From NCBI GenBank assembly GCA_965223665.1, contig OZ245011.1, forward strand, positions 159,179-223,178: a DNA stretch of 64,000 nt, given 5' to 3'. Every line of letters starts with the position of its first letter. Position 1 is the first letter of the stretch. Of this stretch, positions 48,207 through 60,683 are shown piece after piece. A program made the translations under genes and the position numbers. This stretch comes from Nitrospinaceae bacterium. Its GTDB lineage: Bacteria > Nitrospinota > Nitrospinia > Nitrospinales > Nitrospinaceae. The notes below the pieces were generated by a model. That model had not been told where the DNA came from. It worked only from the letters and a program-made list of their open reading frames with translations, and did no database searches.

Positions 48207-48230
48207 TCAAAGATTTTCTGGAGGTAAGTA

Positions 48231-48980
48231 TCATATACCCAAAGCGGTTTTGGCTAATTGTAATGTGACTTTTTTCTTTTGTTTAAAAGATTCTTCATTT
48301 AAACGGATAACTGAATTTTTTATGGTGGAATAGTCACGCGGAATTCTATTTAAAAGGAAAGTGATTACTTTATCTGGGATTCCTAATCCAACATCATTAC
48401 CCAGTTTTTTTATTATTTGATGGGTGGTTTGGTCATCCATTGGATATAGTTCTACCGTCATTCCCCAAAGAAAACGTGAAACAAGAAAGCTTTCAATATC
48501 TTTTAATTGATTTGGAGATTTGCGGCCAGTAAAGACGATTACCTTTTCATGGTCTCTAAGAAAATTGTATAAAGTGTAAAGCTTTTCTTGAGCCAGGGTA
48601 TGACCTGCAATTAAATCCACATCATCCAATAAAAAATAGTCTACCGATTGAAGTTGTAAAAGGGTTTGATTGGCGGTTTCATTTTTATCCTGTTCCATGG
48701 ATTGAATGAAATCAGGGCAATGCATATATAAAGTTTTTACATGGGGAAATTGCTCAGCAAGATAATTACCCATAGAAATAAGCAAATGTGTTTTGCCTTG
48801 ACCTTTATTACCGCTGATGTAGATAGACTGGTGTTGCAAACCCTTGTTTGAACAGATTTCTTTGCAAGTCCTTAGAGTCAATTCAGACTGCGTGGAAGTG
48901 AAAAAGTTTTCAAAGCGATACTCAGGTTTGGCTGGAAAGTTGAGGAGAAGTTGATCTTTAATAGGTGATGACTGTTGCAT
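48231..48980 (-). CDS. hda: DnaA-related AAA+ protein (Hda-like regulatory inactivator)
   Basis: It has the Walker A GNKGQGKTHLL, the Walker B YFLLDDVD and a DnaA domain III-like layout without a DNA-binding domain IV, at ~249 aa. Confidence 0.7.
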   Translation of the reverse strand: MQQSSPIKDQLLLNFPAKPEYRFENFFTSTQSELTLRTCKEICSNKGLQHQSIYISGNKGQGKTHLLISMGNYLAEQFPHVKTLYMHCPDFIQSMEQDKNETANQTLLQLQSVDYFLLDDVDLIAGHTLAQEKLYTLYNFLRDHEKVIVFTGRKSPNQLKDIESFLVSRFLWGMTVELYPMDDQTTHQIIKKLGNDVGLGIPDKVITFLLNRIPRDYSTIKNSVIRLNEESFKQKKKVTLQLAKTALGI

Positions 48981-48994
48981 GAGGATTTAATTTT

Positions 48995-49034
48995 AAAAAA
49001 TTAATGGGCGCTCTCAAAAAAAGTGAGAGCGCCT
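48995..49034 (-). terminator. Rho-independent terminator after the lipoprotein/DUF2065 pair
   Basis: A perfect 10-bp stem (GGCGCTCTCA, 8-nt loop, TGAGAGCGCC) is followed on the minus strand by CATTAATTTTTT. Confidence 0.6.
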
Positions 49035-49065
49035 AAATAATAAACCTGGAAACAGGGTTGAATCT

Positions 49066-49509
49066 CTATTTAGGGCCTACCTGAACTTCCGCCCTGGTTT
49101 TAGCAAATGAGTGAGAAACAATAACCGTACATAGTTCCTTTTGATTTTCATATAACATTACAGTTCCATCATGTTCAATAATCCTTATTAACTTCCAACC
49201 TTTTGCCAGCATCTCACTTCTATAAAACTCAACCAAATCTTCAGAGGAACTTTTAACATAAAAATATAAACGCCCAACTTTTACGTTTCCCGACCCAGAT
49301 TCGTATATAAATGTTCGGTCTCTATCTAGAGAATAATTTTTTGGAATAGGAATGTTGGAAAATTGTATGGCAAGAGGTGGTGGAGTTTGGTTGCTTATTG
49401 CGGAGGGCTGAGTTTGGGTTCGTTTTCTTTTTGAGCAACCCCATAAAACTAATGAAGTTATTAATATTAGGATGAAAAATAATTTTTGTTTTCGATTTAA
49501 AATAATCAT
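49066..49509 (-). CDS. Putative lipoprotein, function unknown
   Basis: From the ATG at 49509 the product is MIILNRKQKLFFILILITSLVLWGC, with an L-W-G-C lipobox. The ORF track opens 11 codons earlier. Confidence 0.55.
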   Translation of the reverse strand: MIILNRKQKLFFILILITSLVLWGCSKRKRTQTQPSAISNQTPPPLAIQFSNIPIPKNYSLDRDRTFIYESGSGNVKVGRLYFYVKSSSEDLVEFYRSEMLAKGWKLIRIIEHDGTVMLYENQKELCTVIVSHSFAKTRAEVQVGPK

Positions 49510-49513
49510 AGTT

Positions 49514-49702
49514 CTACATCGCCCTCCCAAAGTATACAACAATTAATCCAATGATCATTAAAAAGAATCCAATAAGCCGTATCGTTCCGGCTTCAAATTC
49601 CAAAAGTTTTTTAGCAAATTCTTTTACATGGTTTGGGGAACAAAAATAAGGAATTCCCTCAAAAACCATCATTAAACCTAAAGCAGTAAGAAAGAAACTC
49701 AT
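49514..49702 (-). CDS. DUF2065 family small membrane protein
   Basis: It is 62 aa with two TM helices, the GLMMVFEGIPYFCSP motif and IRLIGFFLMIIGLIVVY, as in DUF2065. Confidence 0.6.
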   Translation of the reverse strand: MSFFLTALGLMMVFEGIPYFCSPNHVKEFAKKLLEFEAGTIRLIGFFLMIIGLIVVYFGRAM

Positions 49703-50145
49703 ATATTTTTCTAATTATCTGATTATTGAAAAATTAACATAAGGTCCACCTCGAAAAAGATCACCTGTTAAAGGAACAATAATCCAGGAAATTATGGTGA
49801 CATTAATTGAATCGGGTCTGGCAAATTATGACTCAATCGGTCAAGCGGGGTCAATAAATTTAATAGGTAGAACCCCTTTGAAATATGGGGGTTGTAAATC
49901 GGGAAATGAGCATTATATAATAATCTTGTTGCATGCTTTCAATCTTGTCAGATTAAGATAATTTTCTCTAATAAGCTGATTTTCAATAAATTTAGGTTTC
50001 TAAAGTTTTGAATAGGGGCCAATTAGCGGTTAATATTTCTTTTGGCTGATTAATGGTGAATTTTCCTTCTTATAAAAGTTGTTATTAAATTGATAACTAA
50101 TCTGAAGTTTTGCCTAATGGGTAAATTTTAATTCGAGGATTTCTA

Positions 50146-51597
50146 ATGATTTTTAAATTTAACAAAGTCTTTCCAACTTTTATTTTCTCTATCCTGTTTT
50201 TAGCTTTTGCTATGCATTCCGATACTGCTAATGCTTTAAGCAGCCAAAGTGTTCCCTTAGGCAGTAATATTTTTGTGGAAATTGCCAAAAAGCAAAACCC
50301 TGCAGTTGTCAACATAAGTATTAAAGGTAAGAAACCCTCAGCTCCTATGAGATCTCCTCGACGTCCCAATGATAAAAACTTTAAAGATCCATTTCAAGAT
50401 TTCTATGACCGTTTTTTTGGAGACCGAAATCGTAGACCACGACGGGGAATGGGTTCTGGATTCATAATTAATAAAGAAGGTTTGATCCTTACGAACAATC
50501 ATGTCGTAGAAGGAGCTGATGAGATTGTTGTTGTAGTGGAAGATGGGGATCATGAGGAAAAAGAATATAATGCAAAAATTATTGGCACTGATTCAAAAAC
50601 GGATATTGCTTTAATACAAATTTTAGCGGAACAGAGAGAGCAAAAGGAATTTCCATTTCTTAAACTTGGCAATTCAGATGTTTTAGAGGTTGGTGAATGG
50701 GTTGTTGCAATCGGAAATCCTTTTGGATTAAGTCATACTGTAACTGTAGGGGTGGTCAGTGCAAAAGATCGCTCTATTGGTGCGGGACCTTACGATGAGT
50801 ATATACAAACGGATGCATCGATTAATCCCGGTAATAGCGGGGGTCCATTAATGAATATTAAAGGTGAAGTTATTGGAATAAATACGGCCATTATTTCTGG
50901 GAATTCTGGTGGAAATGTAGGTATTGGATTTGCGATTCCAATTAATGTGGTCAAAAGTATTCTCAGTCAATTAAAGGATAAAGGAGAAGTGACCCGAGGT
51001 TGGCTTGGAGTTATGGTCCAAAAAATTACTCCCGAGTTGGCAGAATCCTTCAACTTAAGTGGCAAAGATGGAGCCTTGGTTGGAGATGTTATCCCTAATG
51101 GGCCTGCAGAAAAATCTGGAATTAAATCGGGAGATGTGATTATAAAATTTGATGGTAAAGAAGTTAAAACGATGGAAGTGCTACCTAAAATTGTTGCGGC
51201 TACGCCTCCTGGTAAAAAAGTTCCTGTCGAAGTAATTCGAGATGGAAAAACTCAGGTGGTCGATGTGACATTAGATGTTTTAAAAGATGAAAACTTGAAA
51301 GTGGCGGCTGCCAAGGATCCATTGGGAATCCAGGTGCAAGAAATTACTGAAGAATTAAGGCAGAGTTTGAATTTGAAAACTAATGAGGGTGTTTTAATTT
51401 CTGATGTGGCTCCAGGGGAACCTGGTGGTGAAGCGGGTCTTCGACGGGGTGATGTGATTGCAGAAATCAAGCGCGAACCTGTTCGAAACCTGGCTGATTA
51501 TAATAGGCTTATTGGGAATTTAAAAGCAGGAGATAATGCCCTAATGCTTATTAAACGTGGTGGTACCACCATTTATATTGCAGTTAAGCTTAAATAA
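50146..51597 (+). CDS. Periplasmic serine endoprotease DegP/DegQ (HtrA family, two PDZ domains)
   Basis: It has a signal peptide, the catalytic triad context (TNNHVV, TDIAL, GNSGGPL) and two PDZ segments. Confidence 0.92.
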   Translation: MIFKFNKVFPTFIFSILFLAFAMHSDTANALSSQSVPLGSNIFVEIAKKQNPAVVNISIKGKKPSAPMRSPRRPNDKNFKDPFQDFYDRFFGDRNRRPRRGMGSGFIINKEGLILTNNHVVEGADEIVVVVEDGDHEEKEYNAKIIGTDSKTDIALIQILAEQREQKEFPFLKLGNSDVLEVGEWVVAIGNPFGLSHTVTVGVVSAKDRSIGAGPYDEYIQTDASINPGNSGGPLMNIKGEVIGINTAIISGNSGGNVGIGFAIPINVVKSILSQLKDKGEVTRGWLGVMVQKITPELAESFNLSGKDGALVGDVIPNGPAEKSGIKSGDVIIKFDGKEVKTMEVLPKIVAATPPGKKVPVEVIRDGKTQVVDVTLDVLKDENLKVAAAKDPLGIQVQEITEELRQSLNLKTNEGVLISDVAPGEPGGEAGLRRGDVIAEIKREPVRNLADYNRLIGNLKAGDNALMLIKRGGTTIYIAVKLK

Positions 51598-51649
51598 ATT
51601 TTAATTTAATAAGGAAATTATCTTTGACAGGTTTTTCCTAATCATTCAT

Positions 51650-51687
51650 ACGGTGGTCCTTTATATTTAAGGATCACCGTTTTTTTT
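51650..51687 (+). terminator. Rho-independent terminator between the two htrA paralogues
   Basis: A 12-bp stem with one G.T pair (ACGGTGGTCCTT, loop, AAGGATCACCGT) is followed by TTTTTTT. The T-tract ends 4 nt before the next ATG. Confidence 0.75.
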
Positions 51688-51691
51688 CATT

Positions 51692-53080
51692 ATGACTTTT
51701 GTAAATAAATCCTTAGTTTGGTTTTTGACTTTTATCGGATTTTTGGGATTGTCTTTTTACAGTCCGGTAAACTCAAAAGAAAGGTTTTCCCGCCTGACTC
51801 CAATAGTAATTGCTGCTCAAAAAGTCAGTCCTGCTGTAGTTAATATTTTTACCGAAGAAGCTCCGAGAAGTTTTAAGAACCCCTTTAGAGGCTTTTTAGA
51901 TGATTCTTTAGTTGAAGAGTTTTTTCGTGATTTTTATCCTCCGTCCTCTTCGGGACGTCGCAGCTTGGGTTCGGGAGTGATAATAAATCCTAAGGGATTC
52001 ATTTTGACCAATGAACATGTGATTACAAAAGCAGTACGTATAAAAGTGACTTTAGGTGATAACCGGGAATATGATGCGAAATTAATCGGTGCTGATATTA
52101 AAACAGATTTAGCTGTTATAAAAATAGATTCACCCAAAAGTTTGCCTTTTGTCAAAGTAGGACGATCGGATGATTTGATGATTGGGGAAACAGTCATTGC
52201 TATTGGTAATCCATTTGGACTAAAACATACAGTGACAACAGGAATTATTAGCGCTTTGGATCGTACCATCCAAGCCGGAAAAGACCGAGTGTATAACGAT
52301 TTTATTCAGTTAGATGCTTCTATCAATCCTGGAAATAGTGGTGGCCCTTTGCTTAATATTAATGGATCGTTAATAGGGATTAACACGGCCATTTACCAAG
52401 ATGCTGAGGGAATTGGGTTTGCAATTCCAATTGATAAAGCAAAGCGTATCGTAGATGATCTCATTGAATTCGGAAAAGTTCGCCGAGGCTGGGTAGGAGT
52501 TTCTGTGCAAAATATGACTCCTGATTTGGCGCAGCATTTTGGTTTAGATCAAGTTCGTGGTGTCGTGGTCAACAAGGTTTTTAAAAAAAGTCCGGCTTCT
52601 CGTGTGGGTATTGAAAGAGGTGATGTTCTTTTAAAAGTAGATAAACACAATTTGCAAAATAAATCTGATTATTTTGAAAAAATTGGTTCTTACCCTGTAA
52701 ACGATTCTTTTCATTTGGAATATTTAAGAAATGGTCGGATCCGAAAGGCACAACTAAAAGTAACTACCATTCCCAAAGATATTGCAGTGGATTTTGCCCG
52801 AGATTGGTTAGGTGTAAATATTAAAACTATAAACAAAAAATTGTCGAAGCATTTTCGTTTAGTTGCTAATAACGGGGTAGTTGTAACCAAAGTGGTCCCC
52901 CAAGGGGCCTGTGGTAAAGTGGGTATACAGCCAGGGGACGTAATTCGGCAAGTTAATCAGCGAACTATCCAAAATGAAATTGAATTTAATCAAGCCATCC
53001 TTGAGGCGGGCAAGCGTAGTTCCGTGGTTTTGTTAGTGCAACGTGGACGATATGGGTATTATGTAACCTTAGAACCTTAA
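51692..53080 (+). CDS. Second HtrA-family serine protease (trypsin-like domain plus PDZ domains)
   Basis: It has a signal peptide, TNEHVI, TDLAVI, GNSGGPLLN, and PDZ-like segments with GIERGDVLL and GIQPGDVI. Confidence 0.9.
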   Translation: MTFVNKSLVWFLTFIGFLGLSFYSPVNSKERFSRLTPIVIAAQKVSPAVVNIFTEEAPRSFKNPFRGFLDDSLVEEFFRDFYPPSSSGRRSLGSGVIINPKGFILTNEHVITKAVRIKVTLGDNREYDAKLIGADIKTDLAVIKIDSPKSLPFVKVGRSDDLMIGETVIAIGNPFGLKHTVTTGIISALDRTIQAGKDRVYNDFIQLDASINPGNSGGPLLNINGSLIGINTAIYQDAEGIGFAIPIDKAKRIVDDLIEFGKVRRGWVGVSVQNMTPDLAQHFGLDQVRGVVVNKVFKKSPASRVGIERGDVLLKVDKHNLQNKSDYFEKIGSYPVNDSFHLEYLRNGRIRKAQLKVTTIPKDIAVDFARDWLGVNIKTINKKLSKHFRLVANNGVVVTKVVPQGACGKVGIQPGDVIRQVNQRTIQNEIEFNQAILEAGKRSSVVLLVQRGRYGYYVTLEP

Positions 53081-55117
<2,037 letters not shown>

Positions 55118-55147
55118 TTTGAAAATAATCCTTTTGTGTATTACCTG

Positions 55148-56725
55148 TTACCTGTTTCCTGAGTCATTTGAAGGGCGGCGGGGAGAGGGTCGGCGAGGAT
55201 TGGAACGTGAACTCCCGGGACGGCGTTTGTTCCCGTACCGAGAGGATTTTGGGCGATTTTGGGATTGAGATCCTGAATTTTCGTTACCGCGTTGATTGTA
55301 GTCAGTGCGATTTCCACTTCCTTCCCGTTGATCTTGACTTTGGCCCTGAGTTCTACGAATATTTCCACCGTGTCGATTTCCTTGACCCTGTTGTCGAGAC
55401 CCGCGGCTATTAGAACGCCGTTGATTCCCGTAACGGCCTCCACCTTCGCGACGACTACCTCCTTGGCGAGGTCTGCCTCCCTCACGTGGTTTAAATGCTC
55501 TTGGGGGACGAGGTTCTTTTCGTTCTGGCCCTCCCGGTTTTTCTTCGAAGAACATATTGTCTTCAGGCCACTCGACGGGAATTTTCATTTTGAGGGCTTC
55601 TTCAATTCGCACTAAATGTTCGGCATAATCTTCACAGGCTAAAGAAATTGCATCACCTGACTCCCCTGCTCGAGCTGTTCTTCCAATTCGGTGTATGTAG
55701 TCTTCCGAATCCTGAGGCAAATCGTAATTAATTACATGAGAAATGGCATCGATATGAAGACCGCGTGAAGCAACATCAGTGGCAATTAAAATGTTTGAAT
55801 CGCCTTCCATAAAACGAGTTAGAACGCGCATGCGAACTCGTTGGGGTAAGTCTCCACTGATTTGGTCCGCCTCATAATCATTGTGGCGGAGTTTTGCTTC
55901 TAAATACTCAGCTGTATTTTTGGTATTTGTGAAAATCAATACTTTTTCTCCTTTTTCTGAATCCAAAATTCCCAGAAGGAGGCTAAACTTTTCATGCGAA
56001 CCCACGTGATAAAGTTTTTGTTCTACTTTATCGACTACCATTTTCTCAGGATCAATTTTAACAGGAACCGGGTCATTCAAATGTTCGTAACAAAGTTCCA
56101 TGACCCGGTGGTTGAGAGTAGCAGAATAGAGCATCGATAAACGCTGATTATATTTTGTTGTATTACGGAGGATGTATCGAATATCATTTATGAATCCCAT
56201 ATCAAACATTCGATCCGCTTCATCAATTACCAGCACTTCTACTGACTTGAGACTAAAGAACTTTTGTTTGTAATAATCAATAAGCCGGCCAGGGGTGACA
56301 ATCATGATATCTACCCCCTCCTGGATTTGTCGCCTTTGTTTTTCGTAATCGACTCCACCGTAAATACAAACAGTACGCAAGTTACAGTATTTACCTAATA
56401 CTTTTGCATCGCGGTCAATTTGAATCGCCAGTTCCCGAGTAGGAGCAACTATTAATGCTCTTGGAGCAACCCAATCAGGTCGTTTCAATTCTTTCTCAGG
56501 TTTGCTCATTAGATGAGAGAAAGTGGCAATTAGAAATGCCGCTGTTTTTCCAGTTCCAGTTTGTGCTTGACCTGCAACATCTTTTCCATTCAACGTTATG
56601 GGTAAGGTTTTCCCTTGAATATCAGTACAATGGGTGAAACCGGCGTCCTGGATTCCTCTTAAAACGGGTTCTGCAATAGGAAGCGAATCAAATGTTATTT
56701 TTTCTTCTGTCGAATTGACATCCAT
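55148..56725 (-). CDS. DEAD-box ATP-dependent RNA helicase with an ~130-aa R/G/S/N/Q-rich C-terminal tail
   Basis: The motifs are a Q motif region, AQTGTGKT, PTRELA, VIDEADRM (DEAD), SAT and HRIGRTARAG. The tail begins around PRPPRAFKPREGGRPRQGG. Confidence 0.92.
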   Translation of the reverse strand: MDVNSTEEKITFDSLPIAEPVLRGIQDAGFTHCTDIQGKTLPITLNGKDVAGQAQTGTGKTAAFLIATFSHLMSKPEKELKRPDWVAPRALIVAPTRELAIQIDRDAKVLGKYCNLRTVCIYGGVDYEKQRRQIQEGVDIMIVTPGRLIDYYKQKFFSLKSVEVLVIDEADRMFDMGFINDIRYILRNTTKYNQRLSMLYSATLNHRVMELCYEHLNDPVPVKIDPEKMVVDKVEQKLYHVGSHEKFSLLLGILDSEKGEKVLIFTNTKNTAEYLEAKLRHNDYEADQISGDLPQRVRMRVLTRFMEGDSNILIATDVASRGLHIDAISHVINYDLPQDSEDYIHRIGRTARAGESGDAISLACEDYAEHLVRIEEALKMKIPVEWPEDNMFFEEKPGGPERKEPRPPRAFKPREGGRPRQGGSRREGGGRYGNQRRSNSRGSRQQGQGNRHGGNIRRTQGQSQDQREGSGNRTDYNQRGNENSGSQSQNRPKSSRYGNKRRPGSSRSNPRRPSPRRPSNDSGNR

Positions 56726-57081
56726 ATCCTACAAATAGTCCATTTAATTAATTGAGTGCAAGTTAATTTTGAAAGGGTAACTTGAAAAAACTTTTTGAAG
56801 AATCACAAAATCATAGTGGGTAATTCATTGAAAACAGAGAAGTACAGCGTAGCACAGTGGGTTTGAAAAAGAAAAGTATTTTCCTTGACATTGCCTGGCT
56901 TAAGGTGGTTCAATACCCCTTCAATTTTAACGAATTTCATACCTAAAGTGAATTATCTCACCCAAAAACACCCACCCACATTATTTTCAATCCTTTAGGA
57001 TTCCTTGGGCCTAATGGATAGAACTTATTGAAAAACAAGGGTGAGTGCAATGATGGAATTGGAAAGGTGAATTGAAGCAAA

Positions 57082-58791
57082 ATGATTAGACATGATGTAC
57101 TGATAGTTGGGGCCGGGCTTGCGGGAATGCGTGCGGCTTTAGAGGTTTGTAAAGAACTGGACGTAGGAATTCTTACCAAAGTGTATCCTTCCCGTTCTCA
57201 TAGTGGTGCTGCCCAAGGGGGAATTGCAGCTTCCCTAGGAAACTCTGAACCTGATAGCTGGGAAGAACACATGTTTGATACAGTCAAGGGCGGAGATTAT
57301 CTAAGCGATCAAGATGCCGTGGAAGAATATGTTAAGGCAGCTCCAAGAATAATTTATGAGTTGGAACATTTTGGTTGTGTGTTTAGTCGTACTGAGGAAG
57401 GTAAAATTGCGCAAAGAAGTTTTGGCGGCCACTCTAAACCCCGAGCTTGTTTTGCTGCTGACAGAACCGGGCATGCCATTCTCCATGCTTTGCATGAGCA
57501 GGTATTGAAAAATAGTAAAAAAATCCAAATCTATTCCGAATGGTTTATGCACAGTTTAATTGTGGAGGAAAATCAATGTTGTGGAGTAGTGGTCAGTAAT
57601 GTGCATACAGGAGCTGTGGAAGTTATCCAGGCAAAAGCTGTAATTTTTTGCACAGGCGGTTATGGGCGGGTTTTTAAAATCACGACAAATGCTTTTGCCT
57701 CCACTGCAGATGGAGCTATTTCAGCTTTTAATGCGGGTATTCCTTTGGAGGATCCGGAATTTGTCCAATTTCATCCTTCCGGATTATATCGCCAGGGAAT
57801 TCTGTTTTCAGAAGCTGCAAGAGGAGAAGGTGGATACTTGTTAAATGGGGCTGGAGACCGGTTCATGGAAGAATATGCACCTTCAAGAATGGAACTTGCT
57901 CCAAGAGATATTGTTGCACGGGCGGAACAAAGTGAAATTGATGCAGGTCGTGGAGTAAATGGCGAGGGATATATTAATTTGGATCTCCGTCATTTAGGGG
58001 AGGCTCGAATTATGGAAAGGCTTCCTCAAATAAGACAATTAGGAATTGATTTTATTGGAGTCGATTGCATTAAAGATCCACTGCCCATTCAGCCTTCAGC
58101 TCATTATTCTATGGGAGGCATTCCCACAGACAAAACAGGACAAGTAATTTTAGACAAGGACAAAACACCTTTAAAAGGTTTTTTTGCAGCAGGGGAATGT
58201 GCATGCGTTTCGGTTCATGGTGCGAATCGATTAGGGACAAACTCTTTACTGGATGCAACGGTATTTGGAGAGCGTGCTGGAAGAACTGCTTTGGAATATG
58301 CAAGAAATGCTGCCTTTGGTCAGTTCAATGAAGGACAGGAAAAAGCTAAGGTTTTAAAAGACATTGAGGAGATTTATGCGCGCGAAGGTACGGAAAGTTA
58401 TAACGATATTCGCAATGAGATGAAAGACGTGATGATGGAGAAATGCGGTGTTTTTCGTGATGAAGAGAATTTAAAAAGCTGTGTATCTACCATTCGAGAA
58501 CTGCAACAAAGATTTAAAAAGGGTAAAGTAACTGACAAAGGTAAAGTTTTTAATACAGAATTGTATGAAATCATTGAATTGGGAAATATGTTAAAGATGG
58601 CTCAAATAATTTCAACGGCAGCTTTGGAAAGAAAAGAGAGTCGAGGAGGGCATTATCGCACCGATTTCCCAAAACGTGATGATAGTGATTATTTAAAACA
58701 CACTTTGGTTTATCCCAAAGAGGATGAACTGGAATTAAAATACAAGCCAGTTGTAATTACCAAGTATCAACCAAAGGAAAGAACCTACTAA
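57082..58791 (+). CDS. sdhA: Succinate dehydrogenase/fumarate reductase flavoprotein subunit
   Basis: It has [24 protein letters not shown] (FAD-His context), HPSG and a HYSMGG-type active site. No Tat signal is visible. Confidence 0.95.
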   Translation: MIRHDVLIVGAGLAGMRAALEVCKELDVGILTKVYPSRSHSGAAQGGIAASLGNSEPDSWEEHMFDTVKGGDYLSDQDAVEEYVKAAPRIIYELEHFGCVFSRTEEGKIAQRSFGGHSKPRACFAADRTGHAILHALHEQVLKNSKKIQIYSEWFMHSLIVEENQCCGVVVSNVHTGAVEVIQAKAVIFCTGGYGRVFKITTNAFASTADGAISAFNAGIPLEDPEFVQFHPSGLYRQGILFSEAARGEGGYLLNGAGDRFMEEYAPSRMELAPRDIVARAEQSEIDAGRGVNGEGYINLDLRHLGEARIMERLPQIRQLGIDFIGVDCIKDPLPIQPSAHYSMGGIPTDKTGQVILDKDKTPLKGFFAAGECACVSVHGANRLGTNSLLDATVFGERAGRTALEYARNAAFGQFNEGQEKAKVLKDIEEIYAREGTESYNDIRNEMKDVMMEKCGVFRDEENLKSCVSTIRELQQRFKKGKVTDKGKVFNTELYEIIELGNMLKMAQIISTAALERKESRGGHYRTDFPKRDDSDYLKHTLVYPKEDELELKYKPVVITKYQPKERTY

Positions 58792-59735
58792 TGGCAACCT
58801 TTCGAATAAAACGATTCAATCCAGAAAAATCTCAAGAACCTTATTATGAAGAATTTGAATTAGATATTTCTGAAGGGGCAACCTTATTGGATTGTCTCAA
58901 CGAAATCAAATGGACAAAGGATGGATCTTTAGCTTACCGAATGTCTTGCCGAAGTGCGATCTGTGGTTCTTGTGGTATGAAGGCCAATGGTCATGCTTTG
59001 TTGGCCTGCCAGCGGCAGGCGGAACATTTATTGAAAGGGGATAATGACACCATTACGATTGAGCCTTTAGGAAATATGGCTCCTATCAAAGATTTGGTGG
59101 TTGATTTTAAGCCGTTTTGGGACAAAATTGACCAAGTTAAGCCGTATTTGAAAAACAAAGAAAAACCTCCCGAAAAGGAAAGACACCAGTCACCCCAACA
59201 ATTTAAATTAATTGATGACTCTAGTACCTGTATTATGTGCGCGGCATGTTATTCCGACTGTAATGTTTTAGAGGTGGATGACAAATTTCTGGGGCCGGCC
59301 GCTTTGGCTAAAGCTCAACGATTTGTGGAAGATTCCCGGGATCAGGAAACCCTCGAAAGAATTAAAGAATTAAGTGAACCGGGTGGCATGTGGGATTGTA
59401 CCCATTGTGGTGAATGTGTAGAACGATGTCCAAAACCAGCCCGACCTTTCTACCGAATAAAAGAGTTGATGCGGGTGGGCTTGGAAGAAGGAGTTCACAA
59501 TAATAATGGCGCGCGTCATGCACTGTCGTTTACGAAATCGGTAAAACATAGTGGCCGTTTGAATGAAAATAAAATACCCATTGAATCGGTAGGTTATTTT
59601 AATTTGAAGGGATTGTTTGAGTTATTACCCGTTGGGTTGCGAATGTTTTTTAAAGGAAAAATTCCGCCTGTCATTCATAAATCTATTGATGGTGTGAAAG
59701 ACGTTCGGCGTATATTTCGGGAGTTTGGAGAATGA
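58791..59735 (+). CDS. sdhB: Succinate dehydrogenase/fumarate reductase iron-sulfur subunit (type-E-like, with a C-terminal extension)
   Basis: The 2Fe-2S site is [11 protein letters not shown]...[12 protein letters not shown] and [12 protein letters not shown] are both CxxCxxCxxxC patterns. The product is 314 aa, with ~70 extra C-terminal residues. Confidence 0.9.
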   Translation: MATFRIKRFNPEKSQEPYYEEFELDISEGATLLDCLNEIKWTKDGSLAYRMSCRSAICGSCGMKANGHALLACQRQAEHLLKGDNDTITIEPLGNMAPIKDLVVDFKPFWDKIDQVKPYLKNKEKPPEKERHQSPQQFKLIDDSSTCIMCAACYSDCNVLEVDDKFLGPAALAKAQRFVEDSRDQETLERIKELSEPGGMWDCTHCGECVERCPKPARPFYRIKELMRVGLEEGVHNNNGARHALSFTKSVKHSGRLNENKIPIESVGYFNLKGLFELLPVGLRMFFKGKIPPVIHKSIDGVKDVRRIFREFGE

Positions 59736-60613
59736 AGTTTGCATTATTTACTGGTTGTGTAGCTAAAGGCGCTACAAGAGAATTGATGTTGTCCACCCAA
59801 AAAGCAGCGGAAGGTTTAGGGATAGATTTTGTTGAAATGAAAAGTGCCGCCTGCTGCGGAGCGGGGGTTATATCAGAAAAAAACCCTACTCTTACAGATG
59901 CAATTAATGCTCGTTCTTTTGCTATTGCAGAAAAACAAAACCTGGACCTCATTACCATTTGTTCAACCTGTCAGGGAAACTTAAAAAAATCAGAATGCAA
60001 ACTGGACGGGGATGTTGAGTATAAAGATAAGATCAATTATGTTCTTAAAGACGGAGGCCACCAGTATCAGGGAGGCAAAATAAAGGTAAAACATTTTTCT
60101 AACATTCTTGCCAGCGAAGAAGGAATGGCATTACTCAAATCTAAGATCAAACGGCCCTTGGAAGGCCTTAAGACAGCTGCTTTTTATGGGTGTTATGTTT
60201 TACGTCCTTCAGAACTATCTGAGTACGATGATCCTGACAACCCTACTGGTTTAGAAGATATTTTCGAGGCTCTAGGAGCCACTCCTATCTATTATCCAAG
60301 TCGACTTAAATGTTGTGGATTTCCCATTATTATGATGAACAAACAGGCCTCGCATGATATGGCAGGCAATGCTCTTATCGATGCCGCAGAACATGGTGCT
60401 GATTGTATTGTTACTGGATGCCCGTTATGTCATCTTAGCTTGGATTCCTACCAACCGGAAATTGAAAGCCTCCGAAAGAAGGGTTATTCGGTTCCCATTC
60501 TTCACTTGCCGCAACTGGTGGCTCTGGCTTTGGGTTATTCCCCCGAAGACATAGGTATGGACAAGCATATTGTTTCCACTGCCAAACTCGATCAAATTCT
60601 TGCCAATGCTTAA
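59732..60613 (+). CDS. sdhE: CCG-domain subunit (SdhE / HdrB-like) of type-E succinate:quinone oxidoreductase
   Basis: Two CCG domains are present (AACCGAG...CSTC and KCCGFP...CPLC). Its start overlaps the sdhB stop (ATGA). Confidence 0.82.
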   Translation: MKFALFTGCVAKGATRELMLSTQKAAEGLGIDFVEMKSAACCGAGVISEKNPTLTDAINARSFAIAEKQNLDLITICSTCQGNLKKSECKLDGDVEYKDKINYVLKDGGHQYQGGKIKVKHFSNILASEEGMALLKSKIKRPLEGLKTAAFYGCYVLRPSELSEYDDPDNPTGLEDIFEALGATPIYYPSRLKCCGFPIIMMNKQASHDMAGNALIDAAEHGADCIVTGCPLCHLSLDSYQPEIESLRKKGYSVPILHLPQLVALALGYSPEDIGMDKHIVSTAKLDQILANA

Positions 60614-60683
60614 TTAAGTAAACCCGATTACAATTTTTAATTCCTAGTCGTTGTTGAAACTTTTTATCCCTGCTACACTGCAG

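Noticed and set aside
50070-50110. A possible sigmaE-type promoter (AAAGTT ... TCTGA) upstream of degP
   Set aside because: The TCTGA -10-like element is present, but the best -35-like hexamer lies 20 nt away rather than ~16 nt and matches at only 4 of 6 positions.
55141-55615. ORFs 55141..55485 (-), 55168..55413 (+) and 55292..55615 (+)
   Set aside because: All three overlap the R/G-rich tail of the DEAD-box helicase in other frames. The codon repetitiveness keeps several frames open, and the helicase frame is the only one continuous with the conserved motifs.
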